Origin: a virus
Lineage: Duplodnaviria > Caudoviricetes
Reading direction: 5' to 3' (one strand)
IMG/VR virus record: IMGVR_UViG_3300032249_000138
Coordinates: 1 to 58,378 of that record
Length of the DNA stretch: 58,378 nucleotides
The notes below the pieces were generated by a model, which worked only from the letters and a program-made list of their open reading frames with translations, was not told the DNA's origin and did no database searches. Below are positions 46,514 through 56,600 of this stretch, piece by piece (position 1 is the stretch's first letter; every line of letters starts with the position of its first letter). The position numbers and the translations under genes were made by a program.

Positions 46514-47407
46514 ATGTCTAATATAACTCTCGCAGCAGGTGGTAACTTTGCACAGATGGCTGAAGCCATGGGCATGGCAGTTGATATTGCTAAGCCTAAG
46601 AAGCAAAGCAATCTAGCCCGATTGAAGTTGGATCACAAGGGCATCATGGGTGAAGAGGTTGTCGGTGGTAAGAAGAAGAAGGTTGAAGTAGTGTCAGCAG
46701 GTAGCTACGTACTTGATCGTCCTAACCTAGATCCAGTCTATGGTAATGATGTAACCATTCGCCTGTTTAACCAACGCTTTATGTACAAGAAATATATCCA
46801 AGGTTCAGGTGACACGAAGTCTAAGTACGTCAAGACCATCATGGACAAAGACCTGAACGGTGACTTGCGTGATAACGATGGTGGCTTTAACTGTGGCAAA
46901 CCTTCCGGCTGGATCGAAGACTACAGTGCATTGCCAGCAGAGACAAAGGCTTTACTGAAGTCTATCAAGCGGGTACGTGTATTGTTTGGTGAGATTACAA
47001 TGAAGGACCCAGTCAATGCTAAAGGCGAAGCCTTAGGTTTGATTGAGGCTGTGCCTTTTATTTGGGAGATTGATAACCGTGATGCATTTAAAACTTTGGG
47101 TGCACCTATTGCACAGATGGCTAAGCAAAACCGCATCCTTCCACAACACCGCATCATCTTGGGTGCAGAAGAACAGTCTCTCCCAACAGGGGCAATTTAC
47201 TTCTTACCTACAGCAGTACTCGATCTATCTAGCACCCTTGAGTTGACAGATGCAGACAGTACTTTGTTCGGGGACTTTAATGCTTGGGTTGATAACTACA
47301 ACGAGTACATCGTTAAGGAGTTCAACAAGCTAAGTCAACCATCAGAAGCTAGTGCAGATGAACTTGCGATTGCTCAAGAGTTTGTTGACGTAGAAGTAGA
47401 AGCCTAA
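46514..47407 (+). CDS. Putative single-stranded DNA-binding protein
   Basis: Position after the polymerase, acidic C-terminal tail, and GGFNCGKPSG motif. Confidence 0.6.
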   Translation: MSNITLAAGGNFAQMAEAMGMAVDIAKPKKQSNLARLKLDHKGIMGEEVVGGKKKKVEVVSAGSYVLDRPNLDPVYGNDVTIRLFNQRFMYKKYIQGSGDTKSKYVKTIMDKDLNGDLRDNDGGFNCGKPSGWIEDYSALPAETKALLKSIKRVRVLFGEITMKDPVNAKGEALGLIEAVPFIWEIDNRDAFKTLGAPIAQMAKQNRILPQHRIILGAEEQSLPTGAIYFLPTAVLDLSSTLELTDADSTLFGDFNAWVDNYNEYIVKEFNKLSQPSEASADELAIAQEFVDVEVEA

Positions 47408-48264
47408 TGAATCATCCTGCCGAGTTAAAGATACACCAGTATCTGAGTAAGGTAAGACACGGGGACAGTACCCTGAGCGAGGAAGTAGTAGAACAGATCG
47501 TCTCAGATGTTCGTGCTGCCCTTACTCGGCAGTTTGTAGACAAGCGGGATAACAAGTTCTCACTGAGAATGTCAAACGTAGGGCGTGACTACTGTCAGCT
47601 TTGGTTTGATAAGAACAGTCCTGAGGATGCAGTACCCCACTCTACAAACTTCATTATCAATATGATGATGGGTGACATTGCTGAGGCAGTGTTCAAAGGT
47701 TTACTGACACAGTCTGGTGTGGCTTATGCTAACGGAGATAAGGTAACACTGGTGGCAGGTGAGCACACTATCCATGGCACACCCGACTTAAGCACTGAGG
47801 GTGCAGTAGATGACGTGAAGTCTGCTAGTCCTTGGTCATACACCAATAAGTTTGTTGACTATCAAACTCTACACGACAATGATTCCTTTGGCTATGTGGG
47901 TCAGCTTGCTGGCTACGCTAAGGCGATGGGCATCAAGCCGGGTGGTTGGTGGGTAATCAACAAGGCTAACGGTGAGTTTAAATATGTAGCTGCTGAGGGT
48001 ATTGATCTTGATGCAGAAGTAAAGAAGATCGAACAGAAGGCAGACAAGCTAAAGGAGAATACCTTTGAACGATGCTACGAAGCAATACCTGAAACCTATC
48101 GCAAGAAAGAAACAGGGAACCTTGTACTGGGGCGGGAGTGTAGCTGGTGCTCTTACAGGTATAAATGTTGGGAAGGACTACAAGAGAAACCCTCCCTTGT
48201 ATCTAAAGCAGCAAACCCTCCAATGGTTTCCTACGTTAAGATAATGCCGAAGGAAATAGAGTAA
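47407..48264 (+). CDS. PD-(D/E)XK exonuclease (Cas4-like)
   Basis: LRMSNVGR.YC, GTPD..DDVKSAS, GQLAGY and C-terminal CSWCSY..C. Confidence 0.8.
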   Translation: MNHPAELKIHQYLSKVRHGDSTLSEEVVEQIVSDVRAALTRQFVDKRDNKFSLRMSNVGRDYCQLWFDKNSPEDAVPHSTNFIINMMMGDIAEAVFKGLLTQSGVAYANGDKVTLVAGEHTIHGTPDLSTEGAVDDVKSASPWSYTNKFVDYQTLHDNDSFGYVGQLAGYAKAMGIKPGGWWVINKANGEFKYVAAEGIDLDAEVKKIEQKADKLKENTFERCYEAIPETYRKKETGNLVLGRECSWCSYRYKCWEGLQEKPSLVSKAANPPMVSYVKIMPKEIE

Positions 48265-48265
48265 C

Positions 48266-48724
48266 GTGCCTAAGTTTAATGCCAAGCATTACGCTGCTTC
48301 TAAGGCAAATGGGTACCGCAGTGGGTTAGAAGAACTCGTCCAGTCGGATTTGATACAAGCGAATGTTGATGCATCGTATGAATCAATTAAGATTGAATGG
48401 GAAGATCTAACCTACCGTAGGTACACACCGGACTTTCTATTACCCAATGGTATTATCGTTGAGACTAAAGGATTGTTTACTACAGAAGATAGACGTAAGC
48501 ATACATTAGTTAAGAAGCAACACCCCACGCTAGACATTCGGTTTGTATTTCAAAGTAGTAAACGCAGAATCAGTAAGACATCTAAGACTACGTATGCAGG
48601 TTGGTGTGAGAAGCAAGGCTTCTTGTATGCGGATAAGACAGTACCAGAGTCATGGATTAAAGAGCCAAAGAAAAAAGATATGCCCCTAAAATTCAATCCA
48701 TTTAAAGGAACTAAACATGAGTAA
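48266..48724 (+). CDS. T7 endonuclease I-like Holliday junction resolvase
   Basis: YRSGLE, YTPDFLLPNGIIVETKG, DIRFVF and TTYA.WC motifs. Confidence 0.92.
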   Translation: MPKFNAKHYAASKANGYRSGLEELVQSDLIQANVDASYESIKIEWEDLTYRRYTPDFLLPNGIIVETKGLFTTEDRRKHTLVKKQHPTLDIRFVFQSSKRRISKTSKTTYAGWCEKQGFLYADKTVPESWIKEPKKKDMPLKFNPFKGTKHE

Positions 48725-49049
48725 TGCAATTAAGAAAGATGACATCGTACTAATCATTCGACCTAACTTCAATGAAGCTAAGTGGGCAGGTACTGTAGAT
48801 CTTAATGTGATGTACATGCCCTCGGATAAGTTAGACGAAGAGTCATACGAAGAACTCATGGGATTGATGCATGGGGTTATTACTTGCTTTCACCTGCTTA
48901 ATAACGATGCCGAGTTTGGTAAGAAGGTATCAGAAGAGATGGACAAGATGATTGAATCAGGTAAGTTAACTGTGAGTCAGCTAGATGAGAACACCTTAGG
49001 TGAAGTCATTGACTTAACCGAGTGGACACAGACACGGGGGAATGCATAA
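48717..49049 (+). CDS. Hypothetical protein
   Basis: 110 aa with AAGGA RBS. Confidence 0.7.
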   Translation: MSNAIKKDDIVLIIRPNFNEAKWAGTVDLNVMYMPSDKLDEESYEELMGLMHGVITCFHLLNNDAEFGKKVSEEMDKMIESGKLTVSQLDENTLGEVIDLTEWTQTRGNA

Positions 49050-49477
49050 TGGGAACCTTGGATGATCGTAACAAGCCAGTCGATCTGTCTAATACACGCA
49101 AGTCTATTGATGATTGTTCAGGGGAAGAGTGGAGTGCTGCCAATCGTGCATTCTGGAAACAGATGGAGGAAGATCCACGGTATCAAAAGCAAGAGAGTCT
49201 ATTCGATGGTGACTCTTTGTTTGAAGATCCGTTAAGACAAGATGAAGACGAGCATGCAATGGAAACTCAATTCATGCTTGACGATGAGAGACAGTTTGAA
49301 CAGATAGTAGAGGTGCTAGGTCCTTACGATGCCATTAGCTATTGTCATGGTGCAGCACTAGAGATCCTACTTAACTTGGATACCTGCTTAAACAATTCTG
49401 CAGCTATCCGTAAGGCTAGTCGTGCATTAGATCGTATGGCTAGACTGACAGACGAAACACGAGGAGTTAACTGGTGA
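49049..49477 (+). CDS. Hypothetical protein, C-terminus weakly DUF3310-like
   Basis: Start probably ATG 49049 (TAATG overlap). IVEVLG..AISYCHG...IRKA pattern. Confidence 0.5.
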   Translation: MGTLDDRNKPVDLSNTRKSIDDCSGEEWSAANRAFWKQMEEDPRYQKQESLFDGDSLFEDPLRQDEDEHAMETQFMLDDERQFEQIVEVLGPYDAISYCHGAALEILLNLDTCLNNSAAIRKASRALDRMARLTDETRGVNW

Positions 49478-49665
49478 GTACAGAACCTACTATCTTTGTA
49501 GAGGTACGCTTTGAATTAGTATTAGATCCAGAGTCTGCCCCTCCAACATATAAAGATCCAGACTACCTGCAAGAAGTATTGGAAGAGGCAATCAAGGATG
49601 CAGTCTACGACATTGGTGCTGAAGAAGTTAATGAATTCTTTATTGAACTAGAAACAGATCTATGA
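49474..49665 (+). CDS. Small acidic protein
   Basis: 63 aa with GAGGAG RBS. Confidence 0.6.
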   Translation: MSTEPTIFVEVRFELVLDPESAPPTYKDPDYLQEVLEEAIKDAVYDIGAEEVNEFFIELETDL

Positions 49666-50111
49666 ATGCACCAGTTCGTAAGCGATTCGATAGAGAACTA
49701 TTTAATGAAACAGATGGTACTGCTAGAGATTCCGCTAGGATATACTGGACATCCTTGGGTCATACAGTAGAGGATCACCCCGATAGATACGCAGTAGATC
49801 TTATTGTAGACACAGGATTAGAGACATTCTATTGTGAGGTAGAGATCAAACGGGTATGGACAGGTGCTACGTTTAAGTACGATACCCTGCAGATACCTGA
49901 ACGTAAAGCTAAGTTTGCTAAGCTGGATAAGCCTACATACTTTATGATCTTTAATAATGAACGTAGTCGTGCATTCATATGCAGTCACACAGACCTGTTA
50001 GATTCCCCTGTAGTGGAGGTGCCTAACAAGTATGTGTATAAGGGAGAGATGTTCTTCCAAGTACCGATTACGAAGTTACAGCTAGTGGAGATTCCAAGTG
50101 GCAACCCGTAA
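49662..50111 (+). CDS. Putative PD-(D/E)XK nuclease-fold protein
   Basis: VDL...EVEIK motif, IPERKAK. Confidence 0.55.
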   Translation: MNAPVRKRFDRELFNETDGTARDSARIYWTSLGHTVEDHPDRYAVDLIVDTGLETFYCEVEIKRVWTGATFKYDTLQIPERKAKFAKLDKPTYFMIFNNERSRAFICSHTDLLDSPVVEVPNKYVYKGEMFFQVPITKLQLVEIPSGNP

Positions 50112-50685
50112 ACATGAACAGTCAGCAGTAGATCGAATCGATAACCTATTGCTGGATAGTCATATGTTCTTTCTCCATGGAGAGTTGGAGGTGGAGAACA
50201 TTGATCGATGCATTAAGTGGATCGAGTACGAGAACATTGACAGCAGTAAGCCTAAGCTACTCACGCTGTATGTCAACACAGGTGGTGGAGATTTGTATCA
50301 GACCTTTGCCTTGATTGACATTATGCGTAGCAGTAAGCATCCTATCCGTACCATTGGGCTAGGCAACATTATGAGTGGTGGCTTCTTGATCTTTGTGTGT
50401 GGTACTAAAGGTGAGAGATACATTGCACCGAATGCTGGCATCATGTGCCACCAATTGTCAGATGACATTACAGATAAGTACCATGACATTAAGTCAGCAG
50501 TAAAGGAAGTAGAGAACTGTAATGCTAAGATGATTAAAATACTTCGTGATGCAACAGGCTTAAGTGCATTGAAGATTTCTTCTAAGCTACTACCAGCAAG
50601 TGATGTATACTTGACTGCAAAGGAATTGATACAGTTAAATGCAGCAGACTATATACTAGGAGAAGATGATGGCACACCTGCCTGA
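50098..50685 (+). CDS. clpP: ClpP-like serine protease
   Basis: LYVNTGGGD, Ser in IMSGG, His in MCHQ, Asp in SDVYLTA. Confidence 0.85.
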   Translation: MATRKHEQSAVDRIDNLLLDSHMFFLHGELEVENIDRCIKWIEYENIDSSKPKLLTLYVNTGGGDLYQTFALIDIMRSSKHPIRTIGLGNIMSGGFLIFVCGTKGERYIAPNAGIMCHQLSDDITDKYHDIKSAVKEVENCNAKMIKILRDATGLSALKISSKLLPASDVYLTAKELIQLNAADYILGEDDGTPA

Positions 50686-51055
50686 TGAATTGTTTGATGA
50701 CAGTTTAGTAAAGTTAAAACGGGCATTGGGTATTGCTACCTGTGCTATGTCTGCAACTGCAAACTCAGAATGGCTTGAGCATAGACCTGCTATCGAGTAT
50801 GCTTTGTGGCAAGTGCAAGAGAATCTATGTGATGTTATTCTTAACGTAGAAGAAGCAGTAGAGTTTCACACAGGCTATCAGAAAGTAGCCCGAGTAAAAG
50901 CATTGTTTGAAGCAGCACGTTTAGTAGAAAGATTTAATGATTCACCAGTAGTAATACCAGCCAATGAAAGTTTTGCATCGGTCATAGCTAGAGCAATCAA
51001 GCAACTAGCTACCACACAGGAGAGTGATGATGACATCGAAGATTATGAAGGGTAG
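50666..51055 (+). CDS. Hypothetical protein
   Basis: 129-aa helical ORF with AGGAG RBS. Confidence 0.6.
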   Translation: MMAHLPDELFDDSLVKLKRALGIATCAMSATANSEWLEHRPAIEYALWQVQENLCDVILNVEEAVEFHTGYQKVARVKALFEAARLVERFNDSPVVIPANESFASVIARAIKQLATTQESDDDIEDYEG

Positions 51056-51314
51056 TATTGCAGTAGGCATTGCAGCAGTAGTTTTAGGCATTACAGGGTG
51101 TGCATCTTCACCCTACGGTTCTGAGTCTAAGCTGGTAGTACAGAAGAGAGCACAAGCTATGAGTAGGCAGGAAGTAATTCAAGCGATACAGGATTGTGAA
51201 GTATCCAGAATGAGACCTGTTCTCATTATGGCTAAGCGTAGGGTGAATGATTGGGATACAGACATCATCATTGATGTGACTTGTGCCCCACGTAATCCAA
51301 CCTATCACTTTTAA
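51024..51314 (+). CDS. Putative lipoprotein
   Basis: Hydrophobic signal ending in an ITGC lipobox-like motif. Confidence 0.6.
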   Translation: MMMTSKIMKGSIAVGIAAVVLGITGCASSPYGSESKLVVQKRAQAMSRQEVIQAIQDCEVSRMRPVLIMAKRRVNDWDTDIIIDVTCAPRNPTYHF

Positions 51315-51344
51315 TATAATAAAAACAAGTACATACAAAGGCAG

Positions 51345-51373
51345 TTGCTTTAAGGGGAATTTTAAGTATAACT
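51345..51373 (+). promoter_or_regulatory. Promoter upstream of nrdJ
   Basis: TTGCTT-N16-TATAACT. Confidence 0.5.
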
Positions 51374-51385
51374 AAAGTCCCCCCA

Positions 51386-51420
51386 TGGGAGTACAGATTT
51401 TACTGTGCTCCTATTTTTTT
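51386..51420 (+). terminator. Terminator-like hairpin in the nrdJ leader
   Basis: TGGGAGTACAG-ATTTTA-CTGTGCTCCTA followed by T7. Confidence 0.65.
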
Positions 51421-51449
51421 CAATAGAATCAACAACATAGGTATACTTC

Positions 51450-53357
51450 ATGACGAAATACACAATGACTCCTTACAATGACTTCATTGCCAAGAGCAGA
51501 TACTCTCGTTACATAGACGAGCTTGGCAGACGAGAGCATTGGAGTGAGACAGTAACAAGATACTTTGACTTTATGACAGAGCATCTAAAGGATAAAAAGA
51601 ATTACACTCTAACTCCTGAGCTACGTGCAGAGTTAGAACAAGCAGTAAGAGATTTAGATGTAGTGCCATCCATGAGAGCCGTCATGACCTCTGGACCAGC
51701 ACTAGAGAGACAGAACGTAGCAGCATTCAATTGTTCCTACCTACCTATCGATGACCCTAAGGCATTCGATGAAGCTATGTACATCCTCCTGTGTGGTACA
51801 GGTGTAGGATTTAGTGTGGAGAAGAAGTATGTATCTAGATTACCTGAAGTCCCTGATCGCATGTTTAGTAGTCAAACTACTATTGTTGTTTCGGATTCTA
51901 AAGAAGGATGGGCTAAATCTCTTCGACAACTCATTGCTCTTCTGTACTCTGGCGAAGTGCCACAGTACGACATACATAAAGTCCGTGAGGCAGGTGCAAG
52001 ACTCAAGACCTTTGGAGGCAGGGCATCTGGACCAAAACCCTTGGAAGACTTATTTAAGTTTGTCATTAGCAAATTCAAAGGTGCAACTGGTAGACGTTTA
52101 TCTTCCCTCGAATGCCATGACATTCTGTGCAAGATCGGGGAAGTTGTTGTTGTGGGTGGAGTACGTAGGTCAGCAATGATCTCACTGTCAGACTTAACAG
52201 ATGACAACATGGCTCATGCTAAAGCAGGTGCATGGTGGGATGGTCAAGGACAACGTGCTTTGGCTAACAACTCTGCTGTGTACGAAGAGAAGCCAAGCAT
52301 TGGACACTTCATGCGGGAGTGGACATCTATTTATGAATCACATTCAGGTGAGAGAGGAATCTTCAGTCGTGATGCATCTCAAAGACAAGCAGCAAAAAAC
52401 GGAAGGCGTGATCCTACATATGAGTTTGGTACTAATCCTTGCTCAGAAATTATTTTACGCCCTTATCAATTCTGTAATCTGTCTAGCTGCATTGTGCGTA
52501 GCACTGATAGCTTTGATTCTTTATCCACCAAGATTCGCTTGGCAACTATTCTCGGAACATTTCAAGCGACCTTAACAGACTTCCCGTACCTACGTAAGAT
52601 CTGGCAGAAGAATACAGAAGAAGAAGCATTGCTTGGTGTGTCAATGACTGGTATCCTTGACAATGCTTTATTAAATAACCCAGATGATCTGGAACTACCT
52701 AAACGATTGGAGGCTCTACGTGATATTGCTATTGCTACTAACGCTGAATACGCTGCTGCTATTGGAATCAATCAGAGTGTTGCGGTTACGGCTGTTAAGC
52801 CCGAAGGAACTGTATCACAACTCTGTTCTACCGCATCTGGCATTCACCCTCAGCATAGTAAATATTACATACGTAGGGTACGTGCTGATAACAAAGATCC
52901 TTTAACACAGTTTATGATTCAGGCTGGGTTCGTAGCAGAGCCATGCTTCATGAAACCTGATAGCACTACTGTGTTTAGTTTCCCAGTGAAGGTTGCAGAT
53001 GGTGCACTGTTACGTGAAGACTTGTCTGCTATCCAGCACTTGAAACTGTGGCTACTATTCCAACGTCACTACTGTGAGCACAAGCCATCTGTCACAATCT
53101 CTGTGAAGGAAGACGAGTGGATGCAGGTAGGTGCTTGGGTATATGAACACTTTGATGAGGTTACAGGGGTATCTTTCCTACCTATGGATGGTGGCACATA
53201 CAAGCAAGCCCCGTATGAAGAGTGTACAGAGGAAGAGTACAACAAGTTAAAGCTGTTAGTACCTGAGTCAGTAGACTGGAGTAACTTCCAAGAGTATGAT
53301 GATAATGTGGAAGGTGCACAGATGTTATCTTGCACAGCAGGCGGGTGCAGCATTTAA
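51450..53357 (+). CDS. nrdJ: Class II (adenosylcobalamin-dependent) ribonucleotide reductase
   Basis: FNCSY, GGVRRSAMI, GTNPCSEI, FCNL, KPEGT and HKPSVT motifs, with C-terminal CTAGGC. No small subunit gene was found. Confidence 0.92.
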   Translation: MTKYTMTPYNDFIAKSRYSRYIDELGRREHWSETVTRYFDFMTEHLKDKKNYTLTPELRAELEQAVRDLDVVPSMRAVMTSGPALERQNVAAFNCSYLPIDDPKAFDEAMYILLCGTGVGFSVEKKYVSRLPEVPDRMFSSQTTIVVSDSKEGWAKSLRQLIALLYSGEVPQYDIHKVREAGARLKTFGGRASGPKPLEDLFKFVISKFKGATGRRLSSLECHDILCKIGEVVVVGGVRRSAMISLSDLTDDNMAHAKAGAWWDGQGQRALANNSAVYEEKPSIGHFMREWTSIYESHSGERGIFSRDASQRQAAKNGRRDPTYEFGTNPCSEIILRPYQFCNLSSCIVRSTDSFDSLSTKIRLATILGTFQATLTDFPYLRKIWQKNTEEEALLGVSMTGILDNALLNNPDDLELPKRLEALRDIAIATNAEYAAAIGINQSVAVTAVKPEGTVSQLCSTASGIHPQHSKYYIRRVRADNKDPLTQFMIQAGFVAEPCFMKPDSTTVFSFPVKVADGALLREDLSAIQHLKLWLLFQRHYCEHKPSVTISVKEDEWMQVGAWVYEHFDEVTGVSFLPMDGGTYKQAPYEECTEEEYNKLKLLVPESVDWSNFQEYDDNVEGAQMLSCTAGGCSI

Positions 53358-53440
53358 TATAGGCTGTGTCCCTACCTAATGTAACATAAACGATACATAA
53401 AGTAGGGATACTGTAACAAATATGTACAAAAGGAAACACT

Positions 53441-53698
53441 ATGAATCGCTACAGAATTGAAGAAGAATACCCAGACGTACCCCTCCTGCTGCTAGAGCCT
53501 CACTACTTTGATAAAGCTATTGTGGGGGTAGTACAAAGGACGAATCAAGTGCAAGCCATTTGCTACGATGCAAACAAGTGCATTAAGCTATTAGCTAAGT
53601 ATGAGGATATGTCGGAGGAAGAAGCAGTGGAGTACTTCGAGTACAACACACAGGGTGCATTCGTAGGTGAACACACACCTGTGTTTTTATATAAGTGA
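53441..53698 (+). CDS. Conserved phage hypothetical protein
   Basis: FDKAIVG..MSEEEAVEYFEYN..GA.VGE.TP motif. Confidence 0.75.
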   Translation: MNRYRIEEEYPDVPLLLLEPHYFDKAIVGVVQRTNQVQAICYDANKCIKLLAKYEDMSEEEAVEYFEYNTQGAFVGEHTPVFLYK

Positions 53699-56600
53699 TT
53701 ATCTAAACCGTTGGATCAGTGCTTCGTACTTATAGACTTGGCTGTACTCTTTAGTCTCATCCATTGTCTTGCCATCATTCTCTTCAGCATACAGTTCATT
53801 GATAGCTCTACGTGCAACAGCAGGTAGCTTATCAAACCGCATCTTATTCACACGATCCCTATCTTCAACTGTCATCTTAGCTTGAGTAATCTCACGAGCC
53901 ATGCTTAGTGTCTCTTGCAGATTAGTAGCCATAGCAATGCGCTGTTGATCCCGAGTAAAACCTTTGTATCTCTCACTGTTAATCAAACCAGTGATACGAT
54001 TCTCTACATAGGGGATAGATGTTTTAATGAAGGCACGATCATAGACCTTATCTCCAGTAGCACCAAAGAATGTATACGGGTCTAGCTTCAGCTTAACAAA
54101 CTCACGTTCAATAAGATTCTTCTCTGGGGTTAAACGTACACCAGATAAGCTGTTAAAGAATTCACCAGCACGAACAGGTGCCTTGTCAGAGAAGTAAGGT
54201 TGGAATCCCGGTAACTCTTCTTTGAGTTCAGGTATCTTAGCCATTACCCTTTGAACAGCAGCTTGACCAATAGTAGGAAGAGCAGTAACAGTCTTCTCTA
54301 TGTCGGATACTTCGCCTGCTTCAGTGCGTCTCTTTAGTTCTTTGGCAGAAGAGTATGGTCCTATTATATTAGGGTCTCTAGCAATCTGACCACCTTCATC
54401 AAACAAATCTAAGTACTCAAAGACAGCCTTGCCGGGGGTAGTAAAGCGACCAGCAAAGTCACCTAACAATCTACCGATTGCTTTGTTAACACGCTCTACT
54501 CCCTTGCCCTCTTCACCTGCTATAAGATTAGGCAGTTCATCAATCAAAGAAGCCTGTGATCCAGCTGGCATCTTCATGCCGATAATAGCTGTGAGCAATT
54601 CAGATACCTTAGCATCTTCTGTTCTACCTAGCTTTTGCTTAGCAAGGAAATCACCTACTGCCATGTACGGACCAATAGGAAATACACCACGGATATCTAC
54701 GGTACTGCCATCTTCATTAGTGACGTTGAACCACTCACCGTCTTGGTTTTCTAGACGATACTTGTAGGCAGCATAGATAGCTGCTGTACCTACAACACCT
54801 TTACTCATCTTCTCTAAACCTTTATTAAGCTGAGCTTGACCTCCATCTTCACCCTTAGCTATCCGCATTGCACCATTAGCAATATCACCTACACCAGCAG
54901 CACCACCCAGTGGGCTGTTACGATACTGGAATGCAATAGCATTAGACATAAACCGAGGGAAGGTAACCATTAAAGATCCACCCGGTAACTTCTCAAAAAA
55001 ACTAACGAAGTTACTAGCCAATCCCTCTGCGGCTGCTTCTACGCCCTTCTGAGACGCTTTCTGCTGCTTAGGGGTGTAGGCAAAGGTAGCCTTCAAAGTC
55101 TCGTCTGCAGCGTTTTTAAGCACGTCTGTGGGGATTGCTTTATTGTTGGCTAACATCTCTGTCATATCCAAACCAACCCGCCTTAACTGACGCTCTACAC
55201 TAGAGGCAAAGATAGCCCGTCTAAAGAAGGCATCCTGTGCTACGTTTAATGTGTTCACTACACGAGCAACTTTACTTAAGTCACCCGTCTGATTCTCTTG
55301 CAGTGCACTAAAGATCTGATTCTGGATACGTGGGTTATCCTTTAATAGCAGATCAACTGTCTCAGCAGTCAAGCCTGTATCAGCTAAGTTACCTAAAGTA
55401 TTAAAGGTATCTTTAATGGTGTCACTTAAGCCACGAGTAATGTCACCCTGCTTGTAGCTACCTGTGACTACACCCGTTACTGCCTTACCTGTAGTGTAGA
55501 TAGCACCTTCGATTAGTTTAGATGCAGCATCAAATGTGATAGCCGTACCTGTACCAAGGATGTTACGTACCGTAGTACCAATACCAGAAACTACAAAAGC
55601 TTTAGACTCACGCTCTAACCTATTGATTACTCTAATGAAATTACCAGTCATTGAAACCATCTCATGGTCTCTGCCGTACATATCATCTACTAGTTTCTGT
55701 GCTTCAGGATCTAAGCTAGATACTTTCTTTAGAGTACGAGCCAGTGCAGAGTATCCCTGTAGGATGGTACCTGCATCAGCTACAGTGGTACGAGTAGCCT
55801 GAGCAAATTCTGCTGGGGTTAGATTGGCTTTATTTAAAGCAGCTTGAATGACATCATCATCTACTGTGTCAATAGATTGGAAGATATTCTTAACTGCATC
55901 ACTGACCTTCTGTCCATTCGCAGGACGGAACTCAGGTGCTAGTAACATCACGTACTTAGCTACATCAATAGCTCGTCTGTTAATGTCAGTACGGATTTGT
56001 GATTGGGTTAAATCTGTGGGGCTATCGATTGTATCAAGAGTACGTCTACCTTCAAAGATATCAAACTCATTAAGCAAGTCTTCTTGTGACTTATCAAAGG
56101 CTTTATTCAAAGCATCTGTAGCTGGGTCTGCTGCTTCTTTACCTGCTCTCTTACTAGCTAACTTATCTTCTAACTGCTTCTTGGTAGTGATAGTACCCTT
56201 ACCTGCAATAGCAGTACCTGCTTCAAAGGCACCACCAAAAGCACTTAAGCCTGAGGCAATACCCAACTCAATTAAATTTAATTCATCCTTCTGAACACCA
56301 GTCTTACGTCTTACATCCTGATCAATCACATTTTGACCAGCACCGATAACTGTTTCAGCTGCAGCTGCTGCACCCATAGCTTTGACTTTAGAGCTAAGGA
56401 CATTCTTAATTGCTTCACGAGCAAATGCATACCTAGCACTAGCACCAATGCCAGCACTTAGGATGTTAGTAGGTTCACTGATTGCAGATAGAACTGCCTC
56501 ACCGAAAGGTCTAGCACCCGGCTGTCCACCTTTTTCATAGAACGAAGGTACAGCATCATAGAGATTGTGGGCACGAGCAGCCTTGAGTACAGCATCAGGC

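Noticed and set aside
51315-51449. Cobalamin riboswitch before nrdJ
   Set aside because: The leader is too short and I could not find a B12-box-like sequence.
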